Of a stretch of 64,000 nucleotides of DNA, positions 35,296 to 48,005 are shown one piece after another (the first letter of the stretch is position 1; the number at the start of each line of letters is the position of its first letter). The notes below the pieces were generated by a model. That model was not told where the DNA came from and made no database searches. It was given only the letters and a program-made list of their open reading frames with translations. This DNA is from Selaginella moellendorffii (lineage: Eukaryota; Plantae; Lycopodiophyta). Position numbers and translations under genes: made by a program. The stretch covers positions 1,383,374 to 1,447,373 of the forward strand of contig NW_003314282.1 in NCBI RefSeq assembly GCF_000143415.4. The letters run 5' to 3'.

Positions 35296-36291
35296 TCACT
35301 CTTCTTCATTATCAGCAATGAACCTACCCGTCCCAGGATTGATGGCTGCAATGAAGAAGAAGATTATGTTGAACAACAAGAGGGGTTCAATCTCAGTGAT
35401 AGGCACTCCAGTCTCTATGTTGAGCTGCGCCAACGCTCCCTTGCCAGTTATAAGCTCACCAATTATAGAGAACGCAATTCCCAACTGTGCGAGCCGACCA
35501 ACAAAGAGCTCGTTCGATTTGGTGAATCCAAACACTGGGCCTGTGATCAAACCATAGAAATATGATCACTGAGATGATTAGAGAAATACGTTACCTTTTT
35601 CTTTCAGCCCAATGGCGGATTTAAACCCTTTGCCCGGTTCGATGATAGGCCCTGGTGTTTCGTCAACGAATTTGCCTCTGTCACCCAAAGCACCAATGGC
35701 TCCCAACAGGGTGAAGAGGATGAAAAAGAGCAGCAAAGGCTCCGTCTCGTTCAATGGAATCCCAGTCTCCAGATCAAACTGTGCCAGGACTCCCTTTCCT
35801 GTGATTGCCTCTCCAAGCAGCGAGGCCTACGATTTGCAAGATTACTACGTAATCGTTACTGTCATATTGAGAGGAACTTACTGCAAAGCCGATCATTGCG
35901 ACCCTTCCCACGAACAATTCGTTCTGCTTGGTGAATCCAATCCCTCCAGAGGTCCCGAAGATGCCATCCTCGACAGTGCTCTTCGACTGCCCAAAACAAT
36001 GTAAATCTCAAATCGCTACACCTTCTTCTAAGATTTTGAACGTAGTGGAAAGAGTGGCTTCTTCGAGGCTACCTTTTTACTCGTTGCCGGAGCCTTGCTC
36101 TTGAGAGCAAAGGTGCGAACGATCCTGCTAGCGCTGCTGAAATGCTGCGGTGCCACAACCACACCCAACCTCTGTCCTAGGAGCTGCTGCGATGATCCCC
36201 CAATGGCATTTGATCTCGTCGATGAAAGCCTCTGCTGGGCGATCCCATTGAGGGCTGTTGTGACGCGCGAGAGAAGAGCAGCCTGTGCCAT
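35296..36291 (-). CDS. psbS: Photosystem II 22 kDa protein PsbS, 4 exons
   Basis: EDGIFGTSGGIGFTKQNELFVGRVAMIGF; FGFTKSNELFVGRLAQLG; INPGTGRF. Confidence 0.96.
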
Positions 36292-36738
36292 TCAACCCAA
36301 CTCAAGCTCGCGATCGCTCCTGGCGCTCCAACAAAGTGGGAAGAAGTCACACGCCAATGTAGGTGGTGTTCTTCCCTGTGTCTAAAAGGATTTCCAGCCA
36401 GCGAGCGAGTGACTCTCCTTTAAGTAAAAGTACCACCACTCCCGCGTTGCGCTGGAGTGTTTGAGAATGGACGGCCCCAGATGCCTCGACGTGGAAGCTC
36501 ACAGGGCGTTCGTTTTCTCGCGATAGGCCTGGCTTCCGAGCCTCCAAAACGTGCCACGTAGTTTCCAGTCCTGGAAGAGATATCTCTAGGCCCTTCCGGA
36601 GATTCACATTACTTAAATCTCCACTACTTATCTTTAGTTCAATCTCGCAAGGCTATATAAAATCATGACCGTCCAACTGGAGAGCAATCCAACGGCCAAT
36701 AAACCGCGAGGGCTTTGAAAGCAAAGAAGCCCAAAACC

Positions 36739-38092
36739 ATGGCTTCTTCGTCAGCGGCTCCGCTCTGTGGAGGAGCAGTGCTCGCCGCCGCTGCGCCTCG
36801 CAAATCCCCGGCATTGTCCTCCTGCGCAGCGATTCTCCGGCCCCCATGCCTCGCCAGCTCGTCAATCGCCGCGGAATCCAGCTTGTTTCGCAGGGTTTGC
36901 GGCCTGGGAGTCGCGAAATCGCCGTCCAGGAGGCTTCTTTCCACGAGCTGCAAGGTAAGATGCCCGCATTGCGAGGATTTTCCCAAAAAAATTGCGAGTG
37001 CCAATCTTGGGATGGATGGATTCCTGAGAAGATTCATAGTGTAGGGCTCTGAGCAAGGGATTACGTGCAGCTGAGCCAGGGCGATGTTCTCCCCTCGTTC
37101 AATCTCAAGGACCAGGAGGGGCGAGTGGTGAATTCATCCAAGTTTAAGAACAAGCCCGTGGTCTTGTACTTCTATCCGGCCGATGAGTCGCCAGGATGCA
37201 CCAAAGAGGTAGAAAAAAAATTAAAATCCTTGCCTTGTCTAATCTCTGATCGATCAGGCTTGCGCGTTTCGGGATTCTTACGATAAATTCAGGAAGGCTG
37301 GAGCGGAAGTGATTGGCATCAGTGCCGATACTCCAGAGTCTCACAAGGTACATTGCTTGATTCCCAGCTTCTTTCGTCTTCCAAGGTCTTAGAGATCTTA
37401 GAATTTGGACTGCTGGATTGGTTTTGTGTGAGAGTTTTTACGAGCTTTTCGAAGTGGTCACTGTGTGCTCGAAAGTTTCAAGATTGGATTGTGGTATACT
37501 TGGTTTTGAGAGAGCAACTTTGCTCGAAGCTTTTAGCTTTTGTGCTCGATAGTTTGAGATCTACCAAATTGGATTGTGGTATACTTGGTTTTGTGTTTCC
37601 ATACTTAGTGTTCACTCAAGTTTGTTGATAGTTTCTGGCCAGCCGATCGAAGCTTTTAGTTTTTGTGCTCAAAAGTTTCAGAGATCTTCCAGTTTTGCGA
37701 GTTCCGTTGAGTCATTTGCTAAGAATTTTGTTCCCTAGAGATTGGATTGTGTTTCCAATCTTGGTGAGAGTATTTATGAGTTCTCTGATAGTTTCTGCCC
37801 AGCCGATCGAAGTATTTAGCTTTAGTGCTCCAAAGTTTCAGAGTTCTAACGTTGGATCTTTCGCTATTCGTAGGCATTCGCGAAGAAATACCGGCTTCCA
37901 TTCACGCTGCTCACCGACGAAGGAAACAAGCTAAGAAAGGACTGGGGAATCCCCGGCGACTTCTTTGGCTCGCTGCCGGGAAGGCAAACTTACGTGATCG
38001 ACAAAAAGGGTGTTGTGCGGCTCGTCTTCAACAACCAGTTCCAGCCCGAGAAGCACGCCATGGAGACGCTCAAGGTTCTCGAAAGCATGTAA
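36739..38092 (+). CDS. PRXQ: Peroxiredoxin Q, chloroplastic, 4 exons
   Basis: KPVVLYFYPADESPGCTKE|ACAFRDSY; GDFFGSLPGRQTYVIDKKG; FQPEKH. Confidence 0.95.
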
Positions 38093-38301
38093 AGAAAAGC
38101 CGCCATTCTTTTCATCGCACCTTCCCTTCTATATAAATATGTAAAACCCGATGTTGCTGTGGACTTCTCCACGCAGAAAATCTCTTGGAATGAAAAATTC
38201 CAAGCTTTGCCTGCTATAATCTCTCGCAGTGGAATGCTTTAGTAAAAAAAACGAGAAACTCTGTACCGCAGCGCGCGAGCTCTTTGATTCCTTCCTCTCT
38301 C

Positions 38302-41300
38302 CTAGACGAAGAACATAGTGTTGGCGACGTTGCCCTGGAGCTCTGGCAAAACCGGGGCCGGCGGTGCTGACTCTCTGGTAGCGGCGGATGAAAGTGACCC
38401 CGTCTCGGAGCCGTCCAGCGACATAAAGTTCTTCATTTTCTTCGCGGCCAGATGCGCGTAGTTGATCGGCGCAACTGCGACAGAGGAAAAAGAGATCAGG
38501 AAATCTGGTTTGCAAACTGGGACAAACTACTTACCCACTGATACTGCTGTCGTGCTCTTGACGTAGCTGCGTGAGCAAAACACACGAGTAAGTTTCGAGG
38601 TTTTCAAATTGCTGACAAGGTACTTACGTGTAGCACAGATTGTTGATGGTCATTTGGATCTCGTCCGGCGTGAAACCAATCTCGTCGTAGAGCACGATGT
38701 AGTGTGTCGGCCTGCTTGTTCCCTGGAACAAACTTTTCCAGTTACTATAGAACAGTGAAACGGTTTGCTGTGCTTACGAGCATGCCGAAGTGACTGCACA
38801 GGAAGAAGTCGAAATTCGTAGGATGTGCGACGTCGCGGTCCACAACGGTCCCTGCAATTGCAGTTTTTCCGAGCGTCACAAAGAGAAACTTGTTTGTTGA
38901 CGTACCAGGTTCGACATTCTTTTTCTGCTGCCCCACCGGCAAGAAACGCGTATGGTGCCTTTTCTGTGCTACAACCAGAGTTATCTTCGGCCTGATGCCG
39001 AGACCTTCGCAAGTCTGGAAAGAATGGGATGGAGCGGCGTTGCTAGGATAGGTAAATGACAGTACCTTGATGATGTCTTGCAGTTCCCCGGTGAGGACGC
39101 TCTCAAACTGGGATTCACTCACTCCATCTCTGATTTAAAGTCATACAAATAATTAGCACACGGTTTGGGATAAGAGACCGAACCTGAACACAATCAATTG
39201 CTGAGGGTAGCAACCCTTCTCGCCCTGGAAGTTCTTAAAGTTCTTCAGGAGGCTCCTGCGAAAGAAAGAGATTAGATTCGCAATGATCAGGAAAAAAGGA
39301 ATTACTCACTCCAGCATCGATGGAATGTTGGCGAACGCTTCCTGTTTTGCCGATTGCGCCATCACGCGAGCGGAGTACCTCGTAATCCTTGGCCAGTCAA
39401 AAGAGCCAACCATCTGCTTACCGAAAAGAACGATAAGGACGCAGGTACAAATCCCGACACCAACTTACAGCCGCGACCGACGGGGTGTGGGAAAATGGAG
39501 ATCCATGCGACACGTCCATTCCCAAGATCATGGTTTGAGCATATGAAAGCTTTGGCAATTCTTTCTTAAATTCACTAGTTAAAACCGTGTTGTAGCCCCC
39601 TAACTGAACAACAAAAAAGATGTTAATTTGCCAACGCGTAACAAAGAAACAGAGACACACCTTTGCATTCATCTTCAAAACGACGTTCGTCAGGTATTGA
39701 TTGTTGGGATTCCTCTGGGGCGCTATGCACTGGTTCGGAATTCCTTCTTTCGTCAAAAAGAGTCGTTTGAATGGCGCTGCACAGCAAAAGCAAACACTAG
39801 TTTGAGTTACAAGATATGCTGTAAACAAAATAAATGTACCGTAGGCATCCGATTCCTTGCTCGGAAGAAGACAGAGAACGAACCCCGGACGACGACCGGG
39901 ATTAGGATTATTCTTCCGCATCTTGGCAACCATCATATCCACCCTTTCCCAACCTGGATGCTCAGAGAAGCTTGGATCTTCTACCAACACTAGACCGGGA
40001 TTCTCAACAGCCTGCACAAAAAAACCGTGCTTTAGCCTCGTGACCAGACCAAAGTCTTCATCTCACCATGCCCTTCTGCACGCAACATTCCTTCAACTGG
40101 TTAGCAATCCGAGAAACGTCTTGATGGCTGAAAGGATTCTTTCTGCGGTTAAAGCAAACAACAATCCACTCCTTGACAGGAAGGGCAGCTCGGGCGACGG
40201 TCTGTAGCAGGAAAATTACGATAATGCTCAGGCTCGACGTTGGCTTACATCGCGGTTGTAGTTCCACCTCCCAGCCTGGACTGGTACGTCCCGGTGTCCA
40301 AACTTGAGCTGCAGAAGCATACATCAGAACGATGATATCGCGAAATAAGTCGTAACCAATGGCGCCGGAAGAACACGTCCTTGAACTGACATCATTTTGC
40401 TGTCAACCTTGACGTTGAGGGACTGCAATTCCACGCTTGAATTTGACAGTAGTTGCGTAATGCCCTGTAACCACCAAAAGTGAGGTTTCGATTCCGCCGG
40501 TTGTTTTGAGTAAAACGAACCGAGTTGATCACATTAGCACGATCACTCGGCAGCAGTCGTGCTTGGTCAAGGTGCCTGCGAATCTGATTCCCGCTCAGTT
40601 TTCTTTTATACCGTTGTCCAGGCAGAATCGAACAGAACTGCAACCTCTCTTTTAAAAAAACTTATCGATGGACACCATGTTTACCTCCATCGGTACATAA
40701 ACTGCTCGCGTGGCTTTCCCTACGTTGACACAGTGCAAATTGGGGAATTGCAAGGTTTCGTTGTATCTAGCTTGATAGTACTGAAGAACTGTCGTTGAAT
40801 TCAGTCTAAACGTGCCATCGGCTCCTTTCTCTTTCAATTCAAACCTGTAAAGTCGAGCACTTCATAACGCCAATCAAGAAGCTAAGGACAGTGATTACCT
40901 TTGAGAGGATGCTGGTTCATCGCTAAAACCGAATATTTTGTGCCTCGTCTTAGTGTAAACTTGCACCACGATTCCCTTCAGCACTCTCTTCGCCTGCACA
41001 AATATCAAGAACTAGTTGACGAAAAGCGATGTCATCAGACATACCCGGGTCAAGTGATCGGCACGAATGCCTCCTGGAGATGTATCGAAATACTCCGCAA
41101 GAAATTCGTGCACCAACTGGGGCTTGATGACGATTGTTGTCGACGGATCTGCTTTGACAAGCATTAAGAAAATGTAAAAGAACTCTTTTGCAACTTACCC
41201 AAGTTCAGTGATAATCCCAGAGAACAAGGTCGGAAGCTAGCGTGGTAGCCACTCCAGCTTTCCACCCCTTCTCCAACATCTTTTACTGGACCAAGGGACT

Positions 41301-41976
41301 GATGAAAGTAGCTCTCACGCAGTAAAACGTACTCCCTGCCAAACAAGAGATGGTCTTTGACGAGAAGAAACGCTATTCATACCTTCTGGCGGCTTGTTCG
41401 CGAACAAGAACGTCAAGGACCCTCAATGCATCTTGCGCCCGAGACAAATGAAGATCTTCCTTCCTCATAAGGATGCCCAAGTCCACTTTGGTTGAGAACT
41501 TGATCCTCACCATGTAAGAGCTGGCATCCGCTCTTCTCTTTTTCGCGGGGCCCCCAGACGAGGAAGATGCTCCCATTGCTTTGTCGAGCGTGACTTCCAT
41601 TTCCTTGTCGCCGAAAGAGAGATCGCCGAGCACGTACGCCGTATTCTCTCCGTCAAAAATGAGTTTTTTTCCAAGCTCGGCCCGGACCTTGTCCATTACT
41701 CGGCGGTTCGCCCCTTTCTCGACGAGAACCTTGTCGTTGGGATCATCAGCATATGATATCTTCACCTGCACAATGCTGGGTCAGCAGCCAGAGAGAGAGA
41801 GGAAAAGAAAGAACACTCACGTTGTATTGCGCTACATCCATTCCTCGAGAGAGCGTCACGGCAAAATGGTTACAGGTGAGGCGGACAGGCGTTCCCTGTT
41901 GGCCATAACCCGGCCTCCTCATCGGCTGAGCTCCTGTGGAAGACGAAGAAGAAGCGCTTGCTTTTGCGCTCGCCAT
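38302..41976 (-). CDS. Argonaute, AGO4/6-like clade, many short introns
   Basis: RRPGYG...NHF; DGENT; YVPME|FC; [12 protein letters not shown]; [10 protein letters not shown]; QKRHHTRF; GTSRPTHY; YAHLAA; ends NTMFFV*. Confidence 0.9.
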
Positions 41977-42042
41977 CGAAGAGGATGGTTGCCTTAACCC
42001 TGAGGGCAAAAATTTATACTACCTAGGTACCGATTTTTATGA

Positions 42043-42923
42043 TCAACGGAAAGAAGGCGTCAGAAGCTCGATAAATGCCGTCAGCAGTGAGATGTCCCAT
42101 GTTTCCTTGTGCGATGCAACGAAACCATCATCGTTGAGGGTGTATGTGGTTGTTCCTAGAATGAACCAAAAAAAAAACAAAAAAAAACGCAGCAAATCCA
42201 AGAAAAAATCTAGGAAAGATTTCTTACCTTCGTAAGCTGCAATGTGGGGTTTCCAAGGAAGTTTGAGCGACCTGGATAGCGATCCAAGCAGTAAAGTATC
42301 CGGAAATGATTATAAGAAAGCTTTTAAAGCTTTTAAAGTTCTATACATACCCTTGGAGCCTCCATTTCGCCTCGATTGTGGTCGGGCTTGTCACGTGGAT
42401 TTCCAAGAGCTCGTGCTTGGAGTCGCTCGGATCGAACAGCGATTTCACTGCCGCAACGTAGGAATCCACACCTTGGACATTCGTAGTTGGATCGATGAAT
42501 CTAAAAAAGTTTTACTATGGATGATTGCGAGCAATGGCTAGAAAAGAAATTGCGAAGAAATTACCGGCAATCTTCGCTGTAGATGCTCCTGGTGAGATCA
42601 CCAGTCACGTAATACTGCCTGTCCTCGATGTCTTGGCGGATAATTTGCTAAAGAATCATCAATCTCAGGGAAGATTTCCAGGAAATCCAAGCAAGAACAC
42701 TGACCTCGATCTCGTCAACGGCGAAATGCCGCCGCCGATCTCCCTCGCTCGCAAGAAGAACCGGCGGGGCAAATCCAAGAAGCACGATCGGCGAGATTAC
42801 AAGCTGGCGCCTCCCCGTGAGCATCATCCGCGGCCTCCGCCGCGAGGATTTCTCGCGCGGCAGCGGCGGAACGCAGCCATTCTTGCCGGCGCCATAGCCA
42901 AGCGCGACGAACAATGGCGCCAT
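42043..42923 (-). CDS. DUF2358 / NTF2(SnoaL)-like protein with probable plastid transit peptide, multi-exon
   Basis: Spliced translation: QYYVTGDLTRSIYSEDCR|FIDPTTNVQGVDSY...WRLQG|SLKLPWKPHI..YEG|TTTYTLNDDGFVASHKETWDIS...SFR*. Confidence 0.8.
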
Positions 42924-43010
42924 AACATTTAAAGAAAATCCCCACAGAGGAGAACACCTTTTATTCGACTCCTACTATACAAGAATATACCATAGGCGAA
43001 AAAATGGTTA

Positions 43011-44998
43011 TCAATCGGTGGCGCTCAAATCCGATGAAGGCTTGCAGAGACACTCGTGAGGATTGGAGTAAAAGTAGTCCTCTTCTTTCGGCCTGTCTGG
43101 AAACACTCGTCGTCTCTTCGGCATTCCCATCCGGAACTTATGAGCTTGTTTGATGGCGATGGAGAATTCATCCCAGGAGATGGCACCATCTCTCAGCTGA
43201 TCCACCAGGTCGATTATAACTTTGCGATCCAGCTGCACAGTCTTGCGGAATCCAAGATACCTGCAAAACGAGCCAACTCCTTGGCTGTGAATCCTCAGAG
43301 TTTCCAGAGAAAAAGAAGTTACCTCCGGTGTCCTTCGGCAACTTTGGCCATGTTTCCATCGTACGTAGGGACGAAAACATCGCTCTCCAGTGAGACGAGA
43401 TAATCCAGCGCTGCCATTTGCGAGGAATGGTTGTAAAACGGCCTGAGCTCCGCCGGAGTCAATAGCATCTCCTTGCGAACCTGGAGCGCAAGTCACACAC
43501 TGTGAGCAGAGAACCAATACTTTAACGAGGGACTCACAATGTTTGGAAAGGCTGCTTGTAAGGCCAGCATCCTCCGTTGGCTGCCGTAAATCTCCCCAGC
43601 AGCAATATAAAGTTGCGTGCTGTTGCTGTATCCCAGAGCTCGCAAAACCAATGCGGTCTCTTCCGGAGTCAGTGGACAAAGCCCGTCTTTTCGTTTTTGC
43701 TCCGAGTTTATGACCTTTTCTTTCCACCACGGAAATGCATACCTGTGAACCGGAATAATATGAGCGCCGTATGAACTTTCAAGATAAGAATGCATCACCT
43801 CATTGTAGTAAGTTCCTCCGCTTCAGAGTTCGTGCATCCGTGCGTGCAACCGGAAAATGCGAGCATATCCATCTCATATCTCAAGTGGAGAACCAGGAAA
43901 GGTCCCTTTGATCGTAGAATCTTGACGAGCTTTTGCCCGAGTGCCATGATTTTGGGTGTGAAACGAAGAGCGTGATAATTGACTCTGCATCTCAGCAATT
44001 GCATGTCCGAGGGAAGCCCATTGTTTGCTAGACGAGCATCAGTTCGGTTCAAGCGAATAACCTTTTGCTTACGAACTAAAGGAAGGATCTGCGCCAGGGA
44101 CAAAAAAGTGATCAGTCAAGAAAACAAACGAAACAGGCAAGGAAATCGAGACCTGCTTATCGTAGTACGTCTCATTTGACCAGCTAATCGGCGCAAGCGT
44201 GAAAATGCTCTTATTCTCTACTAAACGATCGAATTTAGACGGAAGCTTTTTTACGATCTTGACTTGATCCCTCAGCGAGAAGATGAAATTGTCTACGTCA
44301 AAAATGTCATCAAAATTGCTGCAAGAGAGAGACAAGCAATTGCTTCATCAGCGCCAACTTGAACTAGAATTCTATAGCCACCTGGGATCGGCCCAAAACG
44401 ACGTTTTGTCAAGCTCCGGAACCACCAAAGTCACGTTCAAGCGCCTGGCAATCGTGACCATGTCACAGATCTACATCAGCAAGAAGAACACGAATAAGCT
44501 CACAAGAGAACAAAAACGAGAGAAAAATTAAAACGCATAGAATCAATCTCCACCTACAGCAGCTCGCATTTGATTAAGTCCTCCATTGCAAGAAACCATC
44601 AGGTAGCCATTGTTTTTATATATTCCTGGAACCACAAAGAGCACAAGACTATAAGCAAGATCAAGAAAGAAAAAAGAAACAAAGAAGAGGAAACACTCAC
44701 TCTGTGGCGGATAGATTGGAACAATGGGTGACACGCTCTCCTTCTGCTCGTTGCAAGACGATCGCCCCCCAAGCAATCGAGGACGCCATAGCTCGCCCAG
44801 AGCAGTGAGCTGGATGATACACGTCCACAGCAAGATGCTAGTGCTCGCTCGCAGTAGCCACACATTGATGCGTGATCTCGGTAGCATCGGAAACCTCAGC
44901 TTCCCCTTGTGATGATCAGCCGGCGGCCTCATCTGGCCAGATTCGGCGCTCCTCCTTCCATTCAGATCCCTGCATGTCACGGCAATCCCCTTGAGCAT
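43011..44998 (-). CDS. GT106 O-fucosyltransferase-family protein, RG-I rhamnosyltransferase (RRT)-like; start at 44998 or 44932
   Basis: [14 protein letters not shown]; [18 protein letters not shown]; [15 protein letters not shown]; CPLTPEE; [14 protein letters not shown]. Confidence 0.92.
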
Positions 44999-45770
44999 TG
45001 CCAAGACCCAATCCTCCTCCTCGCTATCAACGACGCCGACGACCTCTTCTTCCACTCAATCCGATCCAGCTGACGACGAATTCGCGGCCGGGAGAGCACT
45101 GTGGCGAAGAATCGGTCCACGAGACACATGAATCGCGCAGCTTAAATAAACTGCCCGGATCGATCAAGAAGAGCGCAATGCAGGAGCCGATACGCGGATC
45201 CCAGCCATCGCCGCGGCTGGAAAGAAGGCATCGGCTGTTCCAGATGGCCGCATTTCCCCTCCAACGCCAGGGAATCACCAAGAAGAACAGACCCTAGCCG
45301 AAAGCTTGGCGCTACCTCTGCCGCGTAAACCCTAGCAGCGCGATCCTTCCACCATACCCGCAGCACTACTTTTAAGTAAGATCTGGAGCTCCTTTGCCCT
45401 ATTTTGGAGCTCGATTAGCTTAGCATCCAAGAAATCGCTCGTCTAGAGCTCGCTCTCCGTGCGATCGTCGCGATTCCGGCATCGCTATGGCCGACCTCGC
45501 AACCACAGACACAATGGATCATCGGATCACTCGCTCCTCGTTGTATCGATTTCCATTCAATTCAGACACGGGAATTTTGACGGGCAGCTCACGGGCCAGC
45601 ACCACCCTTCACCTGACGGGCCCAAATCCAACGGCCTCAAACACCACCACTTGTCATAATCGCCCACTCCCCATGTCATAATCTCTTCCTTTTTTTGTTG
45701 AGATTCCCACGTCAGAATGACAAGTGGCAGGAAAAGGAGATATTCGTACCTTTTCGTACCAAATCTAATC

Positions 45771-45888
45771 CTATTGTCACTAAGCATTTGCGACAATAGT
45801 GTAATTAATCTATTGTCACAGCTATTGTCACTACGCATTTGCGACAAGAGTTCACGAGCTATTGTCACTAAGCATTTGCGACGATAGT
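45771..45888. repeat. Three copies of a 29-bp palindromic unit plus one half-unit
   Basis: CTATTGTCAC-TAAGCATTT-GCGACAATAG and variants, separated by 22 and 8 bp. Confidence 0.88.
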
Positions 45889-45897
45889 TTATTGATT

Positions 45898-47741
45898 TTA
45901 GCTTGGGATCGGTAGCTCTCCACAGTCATATAGAGTGTGCTTTAGAAACCTGTCTGGCTGTAGAGCAACCTTGACACCAAATGAGTCGCGAGCGTAGATC
46001 ACAGGCCAGAGCTCGAGCATCGAAAGAAATCCAATGAAGAACGACTTAACTGTGAGTGGGAAGAAGCGATACCATCGCTGCTTGGCGTAAGCATCCAGAG
46101 CACACTTGATGTTGGTGTCCATGTCCTCGGCGTTCATGCTTTTCCTCGCAAACACTGCGTTGTAGAGCTCTCGAGCGAGGATGACACCGTCTTCCAAGGC
46201 GAGGCAGCCGCCTTGGCCCAGGTTTGGAGTGATAGGATGGAGCGCGTCTCCTGCCAGAGTTACTCCGTCAGCAGCCAGCGAGGGACTTACGAGCGGGAGC
46301 GACCATCGGTGCCGGAGGGCGCTCCGAGTGACCGTGTGATTGGGAGAGTTTTCGATGAGGCTGGAGAACTCCTCGAGGTTTTTCTTGCACCAGCTCTTGA
46401 GGTGCTCGAGAGCTTCTTGTTTCAACACATCTGGCTCCACCTTTCGCACAACTGGAAGAATAAAATCTCAGAACTTATGAAACGGTGTCTCAAAACTACA
46501 ACATACCTGCTGATGAAGACTTGAAACACACGAACCAGTAAACTTTGGTCGAAGAGATTGGAACGACGCCTGCTCGAGTTCCTCGTCCCAGAAACTGTAG
46601 CAGCATTGGACCGTAATCGTGTCCCGCTGGATAGTCGGCAACGCCGCGTATTGCACACTGTCCTACAAAACGTGGTTCCTTGACACCCAAGGACTTTGCA
46701 ACTTCCGACCTGACGCCGTCACATCCTACAAGAACCTGGATCAATATGAATCCCACTGGAAAAAATTGGATGGAATCCAACGACACCTTACCTTACTGGC
46801 AATAATAGTTCCATCCTCGAGCTCGACTTCGTTGTAAGTTTTCTTGGTGCCTTTACGTACATTGACAACTTTGGACTTAAATCGAATGGTTCCGGCAGGC
46901 AACGGCTTTGCCAGTGCTTCTAGCAGCGCACCCCTTTCGATCGCTCGGACCTCGTTCAGCCTGGCAAGCCAGAAAAAATTTGAAAGTGATGAGACAACCT
47001 CTGCACAGATTCGCAAAGCCAGGCACGAGCAACACTTACAAGTCAGAAAAAACTCACCCGCCCCTCGAGCAATTCCCAAAGCTTAGATGGTGGATCACTT
47101 TGCCTTGAAGAGACACGACGTGGGAACTGCGACGAAAGAAAAAAGTAGCGAAAAAGTTTCTGTGAGCTGATAGCTAGAACAAGTTCCTCCAATGAAGAAG
47201 AAACCAAGATCATTACCCAGCAAGGAGATAGTATTGGTTACGCAATTCTTCGCCAACTCCGAGTACGTCAAGAGCTCGCCAAGCGTTCCTCCAAATCGTT
47301 AAAGCTGTTCCACCAGCTCTTAAATCGCTAGCTTTCTCGAGAACAAGAGTTTGCAGCCCAAGCCTGGCACAAAAGAGGAAAAGTATGAGAGGCATCGCAT
47401 GGGGCGCTAGAAACAAAGACACACGACAGAAAGAATTTAAAGTACCTTTGGAAGGCCAAAGCCGCTGCCAATCCAGCAACCCCTGCGCCAACGATGACGA
47501 TCATGTGTACCTCATTCACGGATTGCCCTGCGCCGCTGGCATCCTCCGCCGGTCGATCGGCGGCGGCGCCGCTAACTCTGACACGAATCGATCTCCGCGT
47601 GAAAGAAGATCTCGATCGAAATGACAGCGATGCGGCACCCGCGGAGGAGAAAGACGAAACCCTAGCGTCAGCGCCACCGCTACGGAGGAAAGGAGACGAA
47701 GGCGATGGAATCTGGGCGGCCATAGCCATCGCATTCGCCAT
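45898..47741 (-). CDS. FAD-dependent monooxygenase (plant MO family), probable plastid transit peptide, multi-exon
   Basis: IVIVGAGVAGL; LVGCDGVRS; LAGDALHPITPNLGQGGCLALED; YDCGEL. Confidence 0.92.
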
Positions 47742-48005
47742 AGCGCTCTCTCCCGCCACTGATTTTCGTTTTGCCACGTGGCAGTGCTCACGGGCGAGAT
47801 TCCCCCAAGATGCCTATTTTTTAATTGTCTGTCCACGTGGCATCCGGGACACAAAGCGAAGGATGGATGATCTTTGTGTGCCGTAATTGTTAGGGTTTGC
47901 GAGAGATCTCTGCGCGTTCTCCCTGGATCTGTGCGCGATGGAGCGCCTCTGCGAGGAATTCCCTTGAGGAAACCACTGTGTGACGGACGAGCGCTGGAAA
48001 GAGCG

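Noticed and set aside
19094-41976. Prokaryotic Argonaute plus nuclease defence system
   Set aside because: The Argonaute is a typical multi-intron plant AGO4-like gene about 18 kb from the Uma2-like ORF, with unrelated genes in between.
45771-45888. CRISPR-like palindromic repeat array
   Set aside because: Spacers are only 8-22 bp and partly repeat-derived, there are no cas genes, and the context is an intron-rich eukaryotic locus.
11664-47741. Operon-like cluster of plastid-targeted genes (PTAC6, FtsZ, GluTRBP, PWD, PsbS, PrxQ, DUF2358)
   Set aside because: They are on mixed strands, belong to unrelated pathways and are interspersed with non-plastid genes; chance cannot be excluded without a genome-wide enrichment test.
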